Positions 19,596-28,532 of a stretch of DNA of 64,000 nucleotides are shown in pieces. Both the position numbers and the translations under genes were made by a program. Source of the stretch: Vulcanimicrobiota bacterium (GTDB taxonomy: Bacteria > Vulcanimicrobiota > Xenobia > Xenobiales > JADMJV01); contig JBFWNU010000007.1 in NCBI GenBank assembly GCA_050250895.1, positions 288,001 to 352,000 of the forward strand, read 5' to 3'. The notes beneath the pieces were generated by a model. That model ran no database searches. It was not told the origin of the DNA and saw only the letters and a list, made by a program, of their open reading frames with translations. Each line of letters starts with the position of its first letter. Position 1 is the stretch's first letter.

Positions 19596-20878
19596 GATTG
19601 CTCCAGCCGAGCCGCCACCAGTTCCCCTTCAGGACCGCACACATAGAGTCGGTTGCGCCCCGCCACCGGCGGGCTGGGCAAGCTGCCGACCGCGGTGAAC
19701 AGTTTGCGTGAGCGAAGAGCCTGCAGGGCTGTGCCACGCAAGTTGAGTTGGTAGACCGTACCTTCGTTGCTCACCAACAGGGCGTGCTCCTGGCCGACCA
19801 GCGGTTCCTGGGTGCAGTACTGGGGAAGTTCCAGTTCGGCCGTCTTTCCCGAGCGAAGCTCGAGCTTGCGCACCAACTTGCCGTGACAGGAGACCAGATG
19901 GGTGCGCGAGGCTCCCAGGGCGAAAATCGGTTGACTGACGGGCTGGGCCAGGGGGGTGCGGGTCAAACCGTCCTGACAATGCACTTGATAGATGGCGCCG
20001 TCGGCGCCGGCCAGCAAAGCGAACGAGCCCCGACCCAGAAGGCCGGTGGCGGCCAGGCCCTCGCTCAGGTGCTCCTCTCCGGTCAGTTGACCCGAATTGA
20101 GGGCATAGGCCCACAAGCGCCCGTCGGCCAGGCCCACCAGCAGGTGGCCATCGAGAAAGCAGAGGGTAGCGAACGTGTGGGGGTCGGCCGCCCCGGCCGG
20201 CGAGCGCGTCCACAACAATTCGAGAGTGCCGGCCCCCTGGTTGGCGAAGACGGTTATCAAGACCCGGTCCTGATGGCGGGTGGCCAGGGCGGCATAGTGC
20301 TCCCCGTCGCTGGCCATGTGAGAACAGACCTCGCCCTTGAGGGGAAAGACGCCCCGCCGCGGGGTGGCTCCGGGACTAAGTTCGAGTAGGTCCACCAGAT
20401 CGGCCACCACCAGGCGGTTACCGCAGGCGGCCAGCAACAGTCCGTCGAGAGCTGCCGGCGAGGCGATCAATTCTTCCACCCCGGCCAGGGGGCCGCGGTA
20501 GAGCGGGATCGAGCTTTCTGGTTCAAAGACAAAAAGCTCGCCGGCTCGAGTGAGTCCCACAAAGAGATCGCCGATCACCAGCGGTGCCGTGGAGATCGCT
20601 TGACCCAGTTCCGCGCTCCAGGCCAGCTCGACCTCATCGTCGAGGTCGAGCGCGGCCTCCATCACGAAGCTGGCGTTGTCGCCGCCGCGCGTCTGCCAGC
20701 TATACTGGGCCCCAGCCAGGCCGCAGCCTCGACAAAAACGGCTCAGGAGCCGATTGAAAAGGCCGCAATCCGGACATTTCACGAGAGGTCGGCGGCGACA
20801 GCTACAAGCTGTTTCTTCCGGCTTTAGCAAGCAGGCCGTGCCCACGGGGGGATAAGGGCACTCGAGCGTCTGGCTCAC
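19592..20878 (-). CDS. Zinc-ribbon plus PQQ-like beta-propeller protein
   Basis: N-terminal CPDCG..N....RFCRGCG; LAWSAELG..ISTAP and IASPA repeats; start inferred as GTG 20878 immediately after the CarD stop. Confidence 0.7.
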   Translation of the reverse strand: MSQTLECPYPPVGTACLLKPEETACSCRRRPLVKCPDCGLFNRLLSRFCRGCGLAGAQYSWQTRGGDNASFVMEAALDLDDEVELAWSAELGQAISTAPLVIGDLFVGLTRAGELFVFEPESSIPLYRGPLAGVEELIASPAALDGLLLAACGNRLVVADLVDLLELSPGATPRRGVFPLKGEVCSHMASDGEHYAALATRHQDRVLITVFANQGAGTLELLWTRSPAGAADPHTFATLCFLDGHLLVGLADGRLWAYALNSGQLTGEEHLSEGLAATGLLGRGSFALLAGADGAIYQVHCQDGLTRTPLAQPVSQPIFALGASRTHLVSCHGKLVRKLELRSGKTAELELPQYCTQEPLVGQEHALLVSNEGTVYQLNLRGTALQALRSRKLFTAVGSLPSPPVAGRNRLYVCGPEGELVAARLEQS

Positions 20879-20882
20879 GGGG

Positions 20883-21377
20883 TCAGTTGAGGCCGAAGCG
20901 ACAGGCCTGATCGATGCGGGCTTCCATCTCGCCGGGGTCGGACTGATAGACATAACCAAGCTCTTCAGCTAGATGACGGCGCGATTTCTCGAGCATGGTC
21001 TGGTCTTTGGGCGAGAGCTTGCGACGGGTCGAAAGCGCGGTCAGGCTCTTGATGACTTCGCACAGCTGAAAGACATCGCCCGTCTTGAGTTTGTTGAGGT
21101 TGAACGTATAGCGGGTTGGCGCTTTGGTGGGCAGTTCGATGTCGTATCTCTGGAGATACTCCATGATCTCGGGAACTTCGGTGGTTTCGACCACGGGCCG
21201 CACCATACTGTCCTTGCGGTCCAGGTTGATCATGATTTTCAAACCATCGTCACCGAAGGAACTGACCGTGAATCGGGTCGGTCGTCCCAGAACAATCTTC
21301 TCCTCGATGGATTCGACTGTACCCAGGCCGTGCAGGGAGTGGAAGATTTTGCTTCCTTCTTCTAGTATCATACTCAT
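20883..21377 (-). CDS. CarD-family transcriptional regulator
   Basis: HSLHGLGTVESIEE, VRPVV, KLKTGD.FQLCEVIKSL and LEKSRRHLAEEL patterns. Confidence 0.8.
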   Translation of the reverse strand: MSMILEEGSKIFHSLHGLGTVESIEEKIVLGRPTRFTVSSFGDDGLKIMINLDRKDSMVRPVVETTEVPEIMEYLQRYDIELPTKAPTRYTFNLNKLKTGDVFQLCEVIKSLTALSTRRKLSPKDQTMLEKSRRHLAEELGYVYQSDPGEMEARIDQACRFGLN

Positions 21378-21444
21378 AACACAATGCTCCTCAGTCGCAG
21401 AACGACTACTAATGGGGTATACCCGAAGGATTGCCGCCTCAATC

Positions 21445-22176
21445 ATGGACAATCGATTCTCGAAACTGGTGTTTAGTTCGCTGGTGGTGCACCTGGTAGT
21501 GCTGGCCGCAATCGTGGCCTGGTTGAGCCGACCCCAGGGCGGCCAACCGGCTGAGGAATTGGTGTTACGCTCGGTCGAACTCGAGAAGGCCCAACCGTCT
21601 CGACCGCTTGAGCCGGCGCCCGCGCCGACCGCCCCACCCCAGCCAAGCCAGGCCAAACCCCGCCCCCGACCGACGCGCCCCCAGTCAACCCAGGCGCCCC
21701 CGCCGCCGTCACGGGCTCCCCAGGGATTTTCCCGACCTGCCTATCCCCAGGCCAGGGCCAAGCCTACTCCTCACGACACCCGTCGCCCCCGACCGGAGCC
21801 GGTCCCCGAGCCTGGTCCGGCTGAGCCGCCGGCCTCGCCCGCTCCGACGCCGGCCTGGACCCCCCCGGCTCCCGTCAGCGCCCCGACGGGTCCGTCTGGT
21901 GATGGCGATGCGGGCGAGATGGTGACGCCCGCCAGGCCGCTTTTCATCCCTGAACTCCATCTGCGCGATCCCAATCGCAAGTTGGTGTCGGTGGCGGTCA
22001 TCTTCACCGTGCGTCCGGGGGGAGACTTCGAGGTGCGGCTGGCCCGCTCGACCGGCGACGCCGAACTTGACCGTCAAGCCCTTGAACAGCTGCGTAAATC
22101 CAGGTGGCGAGCCAAGAAGATCAATGGCAAAGAGGTCGAGGCCGAGGTCAAGGCCGAGGTGGTCAACGTTCCTTGA
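21445..22176 (+). CDS. TonB-family protein
   Basis: N-terminal TM with SLVVH, long Pro-rich spacer, C-terminal STGDAELDRQAL..W...NG..V. Confidence 0.75.
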   Translation: MDNRFSKLVFSSLVVHLVVLAAIVAWLSRPQGGQPAEELVLRSVELEKAQPSRPLEPAPAPTAPPQPSQAKPRPRPTRPQSTQAPPPPSRAPQGFSRPAYPQARAKPTPHDTRRPRPEPVPEPGPAEPPASPAPTPAWTPPAPVSAPTGPSGDGDAGEMVTPARPLFIPELHLRDPNRKLVSVAVIFTVRPGGDFEVRLARSTGDAELDRQALEQLRKSRWRAKKINGKEVEAEVKAEVVNVP

Positions 22177-22177
22177 G

Positions 22178-23203
22178 CTAGAACGAATTCCGGATATAGC
22201 TCGTGATCATGTCGCGATAACCGGTCATGGTGAAGTTGACGATCACTTCGTTCTCGACTCCGGTCACCTGGAGCGCCCCGGCTCGGCCGTACTCCTCGAG
22301 TACCTCTCGGGCCTGCAAGACCACGTTCTTGACCGCTTCCCGCGCTTCTTCCGAGCGGGTCTCGAAGCGAATCAAGAACTCCAGGTTATTGTCGTCGACC
22401 AGATCGCCCTCCCAGGCCATCAGTTCGACTCCCTCGAGCACTTCATCCAGACGCTCTTTGCCAACCTTCTCGACGACTCGCTGGGTGTCATGCTTGTTGA
22501 GCCAGTTCAGAAATTTGAGTAGCGAGCCCTTCTGGTTGAGGATGGCGCCGTAAGTGTCTTTGTTTCGGTCGAGGTCGGCCAGGGCTCGGGTGAGGCGCGT
22601 CTTCGGCATGGTGGCGTCGCCTTTATCCAGGCGTTGTAGAATCAACTCGGCTTTGGCCACCGTAGGAAAGCTGATGAAGCTTCGTTTGTAGCGGGTCAGA
22701 ATGCGCGAGCGGGTGGGGTCCTCCCAGCCCTCGCGGAGCACCAGCGAGGCGGCTTCGTAGTCTTTGGTGGGATAGGGGGCCCCGATAGAGTCGTGGGTCA
22801 GGCCGCTATAAAAAATCTCTTGCAGGCTCGGCCAACCGGCTACCGTCACGGCCAGCATCGGATGAGGCCGACCGTCTTCACCCAGGCTGTCGACGCGAAT
22901 GCACTGGACCGGCAAAAATGAGGCCAGGGCGTTGCTGCCTCGTTGGATCTGGATGGCTCTCAAAACATACTTCAGGAAGGGATTTGCCCCGTTGCCATTC
23001 ACCCCTCCAAAGGCTTCCCAGGCCGCTTGCAAGAGGGCTTGAAAGCCCTTGTCTTCGGTGCGAGCGTCGACCACCGCCAGCGAGATTGCGTCAGGGGTGA
23101 CGAGAATCTCGGGGGCAGGAATGGCGCTTTGCTCGGTCGTCTCCTGGCAGAGCGCGGGTGCGGCCAGCAGCACCCAGAGGGTCAAAATCAAAGCCTGACG
23201 CAT
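22178..23203 (-). CDS. Exported hypothetical protein
   Basis: Signal peptide MRQALILTLWVLLAAPALC; long ORF. Confidence 0.7.
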   Translation of the reverse strand: MRQALILTLWVLLAAPALCQETTEQSAIPAPEILVTPDAISLAVVDARTEDKGFQALLQAAWEAFGGVNGNGANPFLKYVLRAIQIQRGSNALASFLPVQCIRVDSLGEDGRPHPMLAVTVAGWPSLQEIFYSGLTHDSIGAPYPTKDYEAASLVLREGWEDPTRSRILTRYKRSFISFPTVAKAELILQRLDKGDATMPKTRLTRALADLDRNKDTYGAILNQKGSLLKFLNWLNKHDTQRVVEKVGKERLDEVLEGVELMAWEGDLVDDNNLEFLIRFETRSEEAREAVKNVVLQAREVLEEYGRAGALQVTGVENEVIVNFTMTGYRDMITSYIRNSF

Positions 23204-23368
23204 TGGTTGTTCATCTCCATTCTCACGCAACCACAAACCGGAGCCCTTCCATAAAGTTCCGGGGAGTGTCCCGAGGTTAACCAGGCTGCAACAAAGTTGA
23301 CGAACAAGAAACCTGGTGATGCCCTATGATTGACGCGTAAAGATACACACATTTTTCAGGAGACTACG

Positions 23369-24133
23369 ATGCACGTTAAAACCCTTGCCAGCCCTGCGGC
23401 GCGACCCAATGTCGCCCCGATGCGCCCCCCCGTGGCCAGCGCCGACAGCAACGAGCCCAAAGACAAAGTCGAAAAGGGCCCTTCCGAAGCCGGTGACTTC
23501 GTTCAGAAGTCGGTCGGCGGACTCACCATGCTGGGCCTGGCCATTCCGGCCATGTATGCCGGTGTCCTGGGCGGCGCCGTGGTTGGCACCATGCTGGGCG
23601 CCGGTTTTTCGCCCGTGCTTTCGTCGGTCACCACCTCGGGCGCTGGCAACTTCTTGCTGGGCGTCTGGCACGGCACCAGCTTCGCCGCTAAGGCCGGGAT
23701 GTTCCTCGGCGGTAGCGCTGGCCTGGCCGGAGCGCTGTCGATTGGCGCTGGCGTGGGTCGCACGGTCGGCCGGATTTTCGGCGGCGAGGGCGGAGACGGC
23801 AAGCCTAACCGCAAGCTCAACGCCCTGGGCAGCGCAGCGGCCTTCGTTACTACCGGTATCGGCGCGGCTGCCGGCACCACGGGCGGTGCGCTCATCGGTG
23901 CTGGCGTAGGCGCCACCGGTAGCTTCCTGGCTCAAGGCTTCTCGTTTGGCAACCTGGGCGGAGCGGCCGGCATCGGCGCTCTGGCCGGCGGAGCCGTCGG
24001 ACTGATGACCGGCAGCTGGGGCGGTTACAAGTTGACCACCACCGCCAACAACATCCTCGGCTGGGCCGCCGATAAAGGCAAAGGCGCCGTCGATGTGGTC
24101 ACCGATCAGCACAAGCCGAAAGAAACCAAGTAA
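23369..24133 (+). CDS. Glycine-zipper (GxxxG-rich) membrane protein
   Basis: SD CAGGAG before ATG 23369; two blocks of Gly/Ala-rich hydrophobic helices; strong codon bias. Confidence 0.75.
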   Translation: MHVKTLASPAARPNVAPMRPPVASADSNEPKDKVEKGPSEAGDFVQKSVGGLTMLGLAIPAMYAGVLGGAVVGTMLGAGFSPVLSSVTTSGAGNFLLGVWHGTSFAAKAGMFLGGSAGLAGALSIGAGVGRTVGRIFGGEGGDGKPNRKLNALGSAAAFVTTGIGAAAGTTGGALIGAGVGATGSFLAQGFSFGNLGGAAGIGALAGGAVGLMTGSWGGYKLTTTANNILGWAADKGKGAVDVVTDQHKPKETK

Positions 24134-24163
24134 GCTTCGTTTTTACCCCGGCGGGTGATGGCT

Positions 24164-24198
24164 AGAAGTCCTCCTGAAGGAGGACTTCTTTGCTTTTT
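24164..24198 (+). terminator. Intrinsic terminator-like hairpin
   Basis: AGAAGTCCTCC-TGAA-GGAGGACTTCT perfect 11-bp stem followed by TTGCTTTTT. Confidence 0.65.
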
Positions 24199-24846
24199 GT
24201 CCTAGCCGTGGGGGTGCTCATGACCCTGGCTGCGCCCTGTCCGCCCGACGCCGTTCCTGACGGCGTCGAGCTGTTGCTTGAGACCTCTTTTCGGCGGGCC
24301 GTCGAGCGTGCCCGGGGCGAGTTGCTCGTCTTCGTGAGCGAGGGGGCGGTGCTGTGTGAAGGCTGGCAAGAGGGGGTGCGCCACGCTCACCGGTTGGGCT
24401 GGGCGGGCGTCGGTCCCGCCGTGGGGGCTTCCCACCATACGTCGATGGCGGCCGCCTTCATGCGGCTTTGCTATGGCGCCTGGGCGGCCCCGGCCGCGCC
24501 CCAGCCCCACCCTCGTTTACCGCTCGGCTTATCGAGCTACAAGCTGGGGGCTCTGCGCGCTTTGCCCGCCGAAGCCCTCGAGGATGAAAAGCGGGCGCAG
24601 CGATGCTTGAGCGAGCAGGGGGTGAATCTCTTTACCGATACTCGGGTCGAGGTGACCGTGGCCAGCCCTCTCAGTCTGTCCGAATTCTGGCGGCGCCTGC
24701 AAGCCGCCGGTCGGGCAGGGCATGCCGCTCCCTGGCGCCCGACGCCGCCGCCCCTGCGGCAGTGGCCGTGGTTGGGGCTGGGCTGGGTGGCCCTGGGTCT
24801 GGGGGCGATCCAAAGAGTTTTCTTCAGGGCGTCGAACGAGCGTTAG
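24190..24846 (+). CDS. Hypothetical protein, possibly a degenerate GT2 glycosyltransferase-like fold
   Basis: RARGELLVFVSEGAVLCEGW resembles GT2 ARGE..FxDxD...W but lacks the DxD; C-terminal hydrophobic segment. Confidence 0.45.
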   Translation: MLFVLAVGVLMTLAAPCPPDAVPDGVELLLETSFRRAVERARGELLVFVSEGAVLCEGWQEGVRHAHRLGWAGVGPAVGASHHTSMAAAFMRLCYGAWAAPAAPQPHPRLPLGLSSYKLGALRALPAEALEDEKRAQRCLSEQGVNLFTDTRVEVTVASPLSLSEFWRRLQAAGRAGHAAPWRPTPPPLRQWPWLGLGWVALGLGAIQRVFFRASNER

Positions 24847-25934
24847 TGCAACTGTTGATCTGTGTCATCAACGAGACGGAGAAGTTGACGGAGTTCCTGG
24901 CCGGGCTGGCCGAATTGGGGGTTAGCGGCGGGACCATCATCGAGTCCCAGGGCATGCCCACCGTGTTGGCCACCAAGACGCCGGTCTCCCTGGCTTTTCG
25001 GCATTTGCTCTCAGGAGAGCAGCCCTACAACTACACTTTCATGTCGGTAGTCGAGGGAGGAGAACTGCTCCAGTTGGTGCTGGCTGCCATTCGAGCCGGC
25101 GAACTGCCGGGCACGGGCCCGGGCAGCAAAGGCATCGCCTTTCACTTGCCCGTCACCATCATGACGTCGCTCGGTCCCCAGGCTTCAAGTCGCGCCGGGC
25201 TACTGCAGAAACCCATGCTCGACGCCCTCGAGCAGTTGCAGCCGAGCGAGGTCGAATGGCTGGTCGAACTGGGCGATCGACTCGTGGCGAGTCAGCCTCT
25301 GAGGTCCGAAGCGAGGCGGGGGCTGCCTCGGCTGGCCTGTCGCTTCGTTCTCGAGGTGGTCGAGGAACAAGCCCGCGAATCGGTATCGCTCCTCGAGTTT
25401 GGCCTTGACGGGCTGACCCTGATGGCCGCGAAGTTTCGCCCTCCGGGTTGGCCAATGAGCCTGGCGGCTCCGGCCGAGTTGGCCGACTGTAAGCCCACCC
25501 CGTGCCTGGTCAAATCGTGCCATTCCAAGGACGGCAGTTACTTGCTCAGCGTGACCTTCGCTCCCGAGGTCGAGGCTCTGCGCGCAAGCTGGTCGGCCCG
25601 GCTTTTGAGCGCCTTTGGCTATCATGAAAGCCACTTGCCAAGGCGCCGTCAGCATCTTGCCTGGCCCAGTCCGGCCCGTCTTATCGAATTTGGCCAATCG
25701 GTCGGCCAGGCCGTGGATGTCCTGGACCTGGGGATGGGTGGTGCCTGGCTTAGCTGCGAGGCCTCTATCGAGGCCGCTCGCGAAGTCGTTCTTCGGCTCG
25801 ATGAGGAGCTGGACTATCCGGGAGTGCTGGTGGACGCGGCCCCCGGGCGGGTTCTCATGCGCTTTCATTCTCTGGGGCCGGCGGCTCATCTGGCGCTGGG
25901 CCAAAAACTTGTCGAATTGGCGCGGGGGGTCTGA
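24846..25934 (+). CDS. PII-like domain fused to two PilZ-like domains
   Basis: GTG overlaps the upstream stop; LLICVINE..L...LAELGVSGGTIIESQGM..GIAFHLPV (PII-like); RRGLPR..EFGLDG and RRRQH..DLGMGG (PilZ-like). Confidence 0.65.
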   Translation: MQLLICVINETEKLTEFLAGLAELGVSGGTIIESQGMPTVLATKTPVSLAFRHLLSGEQPYNYTFMSVVEGGELLQLVLAAIRAGELPGTGPGSKGIAFHLPVTIMTSLGPQASSRAGLLQKPMLDALEQLQPSEVEWLVELGDRLVASQPLRSEARRGLPRLACRFVLEVVEEQARESVSLLEFGLDGLTLMAAKFRPPGWPMSLAAPAELADCKPTPCLVKSCHSKDGSYLLSVTFAPEVEALRASWSARLLSAFGYHESHLPRRRQHLAWPSPARLIEFGQSVGQAVDVLDLGMGGAWLSCEASIEAAREVVLRLDEELDYPGVLVDAAPGRVLMRFHSLGPAAHLALGQKLVELARGV

Positions 25935-27145
25935 TGCACGGCCCTCCCGTCAAAGCGGTCTTACTGGTCATCGGATTGATGCTGGTGGCCGCCGTGGGCT
26001 CTAGCAAAGCCCTGGGAGGCAGCCGCTTTCTTTCCGTTCGGCTACTGGCCCGCACGGGCATCTTGTTCTTGTTGCTGGGTGCTGTTATCGGTCCTAACGG
26101 CCTGAGGCTACTCGATCCAGACGTGCTCGAGCAACTGGGGCCGATCGTCGTGTTGGGGCTAGGCTGGATCGGTTTTCTCTATGGCATTCACCTGGAATAC
26201 CGCTGGCTGCGGCGCTTTGCCTCGGGTCTGTTCCTCACCGCCCTGGGAGAGTCGGCCTTCACCTTTTTGACTGTCCTGGTCGTGTTCTGGGCGCTTGGCC
26301 AGGGCGCCAACCTGCCCGCCCTGCTCATTCTGGCCTCGGCTGCCGCTGGCACGGCCCCGGCCGCCCTCTTCGTGCTGCGCTCGCAACTGCCCAGCCGAGG
26401 TCCGGCCTACGAATTGTTGCGGTTTTGCGCCTGTCTGGACGACCTGCCTGGTTTGCTGGCACTGGGTATCCTGTTTTCTTTCTCGCACGGTAAGGGCAAC
26501 GGACTGATGGCCGTGGGATGGTTCGTGCTGCAGGTCGGCGTGGGCGTGATCGGAGGGGTCCTCACTCATTGGTTGCACGAGTTGGTGGCCGGTCCCGAAG
26601 GGGGCGATCCGGGCGCCTTCAGTCTGGCCTTCTTCGGGGTGGTGGGTCTTACCTCGGGGTTTGCTTCCTACCTGGGCTTATCGCCTCTGTTCGTCAACGT
26701 AGTGTCCGGTATCACCTTCGCCAATGTCTCGTTTCACAGCGAGATGGTCTTCGCCGGCCTGGCCCGACGCGAGCACACGGTTTATGTAATCTTCCTGCTA
26801 TTGGCGGGATGTTACTGGCCTTTCAACGGCTTCACCGCCTTTGGGATGCTGGCGCTCTATATCGGAGCTCGACTGCTGGGCAAGGTCGCCGGTAGCTATC
26901 TGTGCGCCAACACTTTCTTGCGAGGGCCCCAGTTCAACATGATGAGTCGGGTGCCCCCTTACTTCGGTCTGGGTTTGCTGCCCCAGGGCGGATTGGCCAT
27001 CGCCATGGTCATGAGTTACCTGTGGGCGTTTCGCGGAACGGCTCAGGCCTGGGCCGTCAACGTAGTCCACCTCTCGGTGATTCTCAACGAGTTGGTGACT
27101 CCTTACCTGCTCTTTGTGATCTTGCGAGGGATCGACGAAGAATGA
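25934..27145 (+). CDS. Cation:proton antiporter (CPA superfamily), subunit A
   Basis: About 12 TM helices; G.VIGP, LDD, R.LGK and GLLPQGGLAIAM motifs. Confidence 0.8.
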   Translation: MHGPPVKAVLLVIGLMLVAAVGSSKALGGSRFLSVRLLARTGILFLLLGAVIGPNGLRLLDPDVLEQLGPIVVLGLGWIGFLYGIHLEYRWLRRFASGLFLTALGESAFTFLTVLVVFWALGQGANLPALLILASAAAGTAPAALFVLRSQLPSRGPAYELLRFCACLDDLPGLLALGILFSFSHGKGNGLMAVGWFVLQVGVGVIGGVLTHWLHELVAGPEGGDPGAFSLAFFGVVGLTSGFASYLGLSPLFVNVVSGITFANVSFHSEMVFAGLARREHTVYVIFLLLAGCYWPFNGFTAFGMLALYIGARLLGKVAGSYLCANTFLRGPQFNMMSRVPPYFGLGLLPQGGLAIAMVMSYLWAFRGTAQAWAVNVVHLSVILNELVTPYLLFVILRGIDEE

Positions 27146-28485
27146 GGGCTGCCGTCTCGCTGTTGGTCACCCTCGGTCTGGTAGTGCTGGCCCGAATGCT
27201 GGTGGGAGGGCACCCGGGCCACCCGGCCGACGAGGCTGCTCTGTGTCTGGGGGTGGTCATGATCGCCTCGTTCTTGATCGGGTCGCGGCTTCCCCAATTC
27301 AATCTTCCGGCCATCACCGGCTATATGTTGACCGGGGTTCTACTCGGGCCTTCGCTGTTGGAGCACATCTTCGGCACGTTTCCTATTATCTCCGAGACGG
27401 GTTTGCGAGACCTGAGCCTCATCAACCACATTGCCCTGGGTTTGATCGCATTCACCGCCGGCGGCGAACTCAAGCTCTCGGAGATACGTCAGGGATGGCG
27501 CAGCCTGCTTTCGATCACGGTGGTCCAGTCGCTGGTGGTGTTGGTGGGGGTGGGCGGGTGTGTCTATTTGATGGGGCAGCGGTTGCCGGGCTTTGAATCG
27601 ATCACCGCCCAGGGCATGACCGTAGTGGCGGTCCTGCTGGGCTGCACGGCAGTGGCCAAGTCGCCCGCCACCACCATTGCCGTAATCAACGAATCTCGCT
27701 CGGCGGGACCCTTGACCCAGGTAGCCCTGGGCGTGACCGTGATCAAGGACATCCTGGTGATCGCTGTCTTCGCAGCCGCCTTCACCGTGGGGCGCTCCAT
27801 CATGGAGCCCGATCAGGGGTCGGGGGTCGAGGTGGTGCTCGAGATCGCCTGGGAGATTGCCGGCTCGCTGTTGTTGGGTGCGGTCCTGGGCTGGTTGTTG
27901 AGGGTCTTCATCGAGCGTTTTGGCGAAGAGTTGCCCCTGGTGCTGTTGGCGGCCGCCTTCCTGGCCGTCTACCTGGCCGAGCACATCCATCTACACGGCC
28001 TGATGATCTGCATGACGGCGGGGTTCGTGGTCGAGAACTTCTCGCCTCACGGAGAGGAGTTCATCGAGGCCGTCGAGCGCTACTCTTTGCCGGTCTACGT
28101 CGTCTTCTTCACGATGGCCGGGGCCCAGATGCGGCTGGACTCTTTGCTGGCGGTGGGATGGACGCCGGTCATCCTGGTCACTTTGCGGGTCTTCTTCACC
28201 TACGTCGGAACCTGGGCCGGTGCGCGTCTGGCCGGCGAGAGTCCCGTCATCTGCAACTATGCGGGTCTTGGCTTCCTGGGTCAGGCTGGCGTGACCCTGG
28301 GGTTTGCCGTGATTATCTCCCGAGGTTTTCACCACCTTGGCGGTTTGCTCAGCACGGTCATCGTGGCCGCAGTGGCCATCAATCAGATTATTGGCCCTAT
28401 CGCTTTTCGCTACGCTCTGGGGGTGGCCGGCGAGGTTGGGGCCCGTCAGGAACGACGAGTGACTCAAGACGATGAACCGTTCTAG
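27142..28485 (+). CDS. Cation:proton antiporter (CPA superfamily), subunit B
   Basis: LPAITGYMLTGVLLGP, IAFTAGGEL, SPATTIAVI, FFTMAG and QAGVTLG motifs; ATGA overlap. Confidence 0.85.
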   Translation: MRAAVSLLVTLGLVVLARMLVGGHPGHPADEAALCLGVVMIASFLIGSRLPQFNLPAITGYMLTGVLLGPSLLEHIFGTFPIISETGLRDLSLINHIALGLIAFTAGGELKLSEIRQGWRSLLSITVVQSLVVLVGVGGCVYLMGQRLPGFESITAQGMTVVAVLLGCTAVAKSPATTIAVINESRSAGPLTQVALGVTVIKDILVIAVFAAAFTVGRSIMEPDQGSGVEVVLEIAWEIAGSLLLGAVLGWLLRVFIERFGEELPLVLLAAAFLAVYLAEHIHLHGLMICMTAGFVVENFSPHGEEFIEAVERYSLPVYVVFFTMAGAQMRLDSLLAVGWTPVILVTLRVFFTYVGTWAGARLAGESPVICNYAGLGFLGQAGVTLGFAVIISRGFHHLGGLLSTVIVAAVAINQIIGPIAFRYALGVAGEVGARQERRVTQDDEPF

Positions 28486-28532
28486 GGACTTGGGAAGGAG
28501 GGCTCTTTCGACTTTCCGAACCAATTTTGGAT

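Noticed and set aside
23297-23330. TTGACG ... TATGAT as a promoter
   Set aside because: The 22-nt spacing is too long for sigma70.
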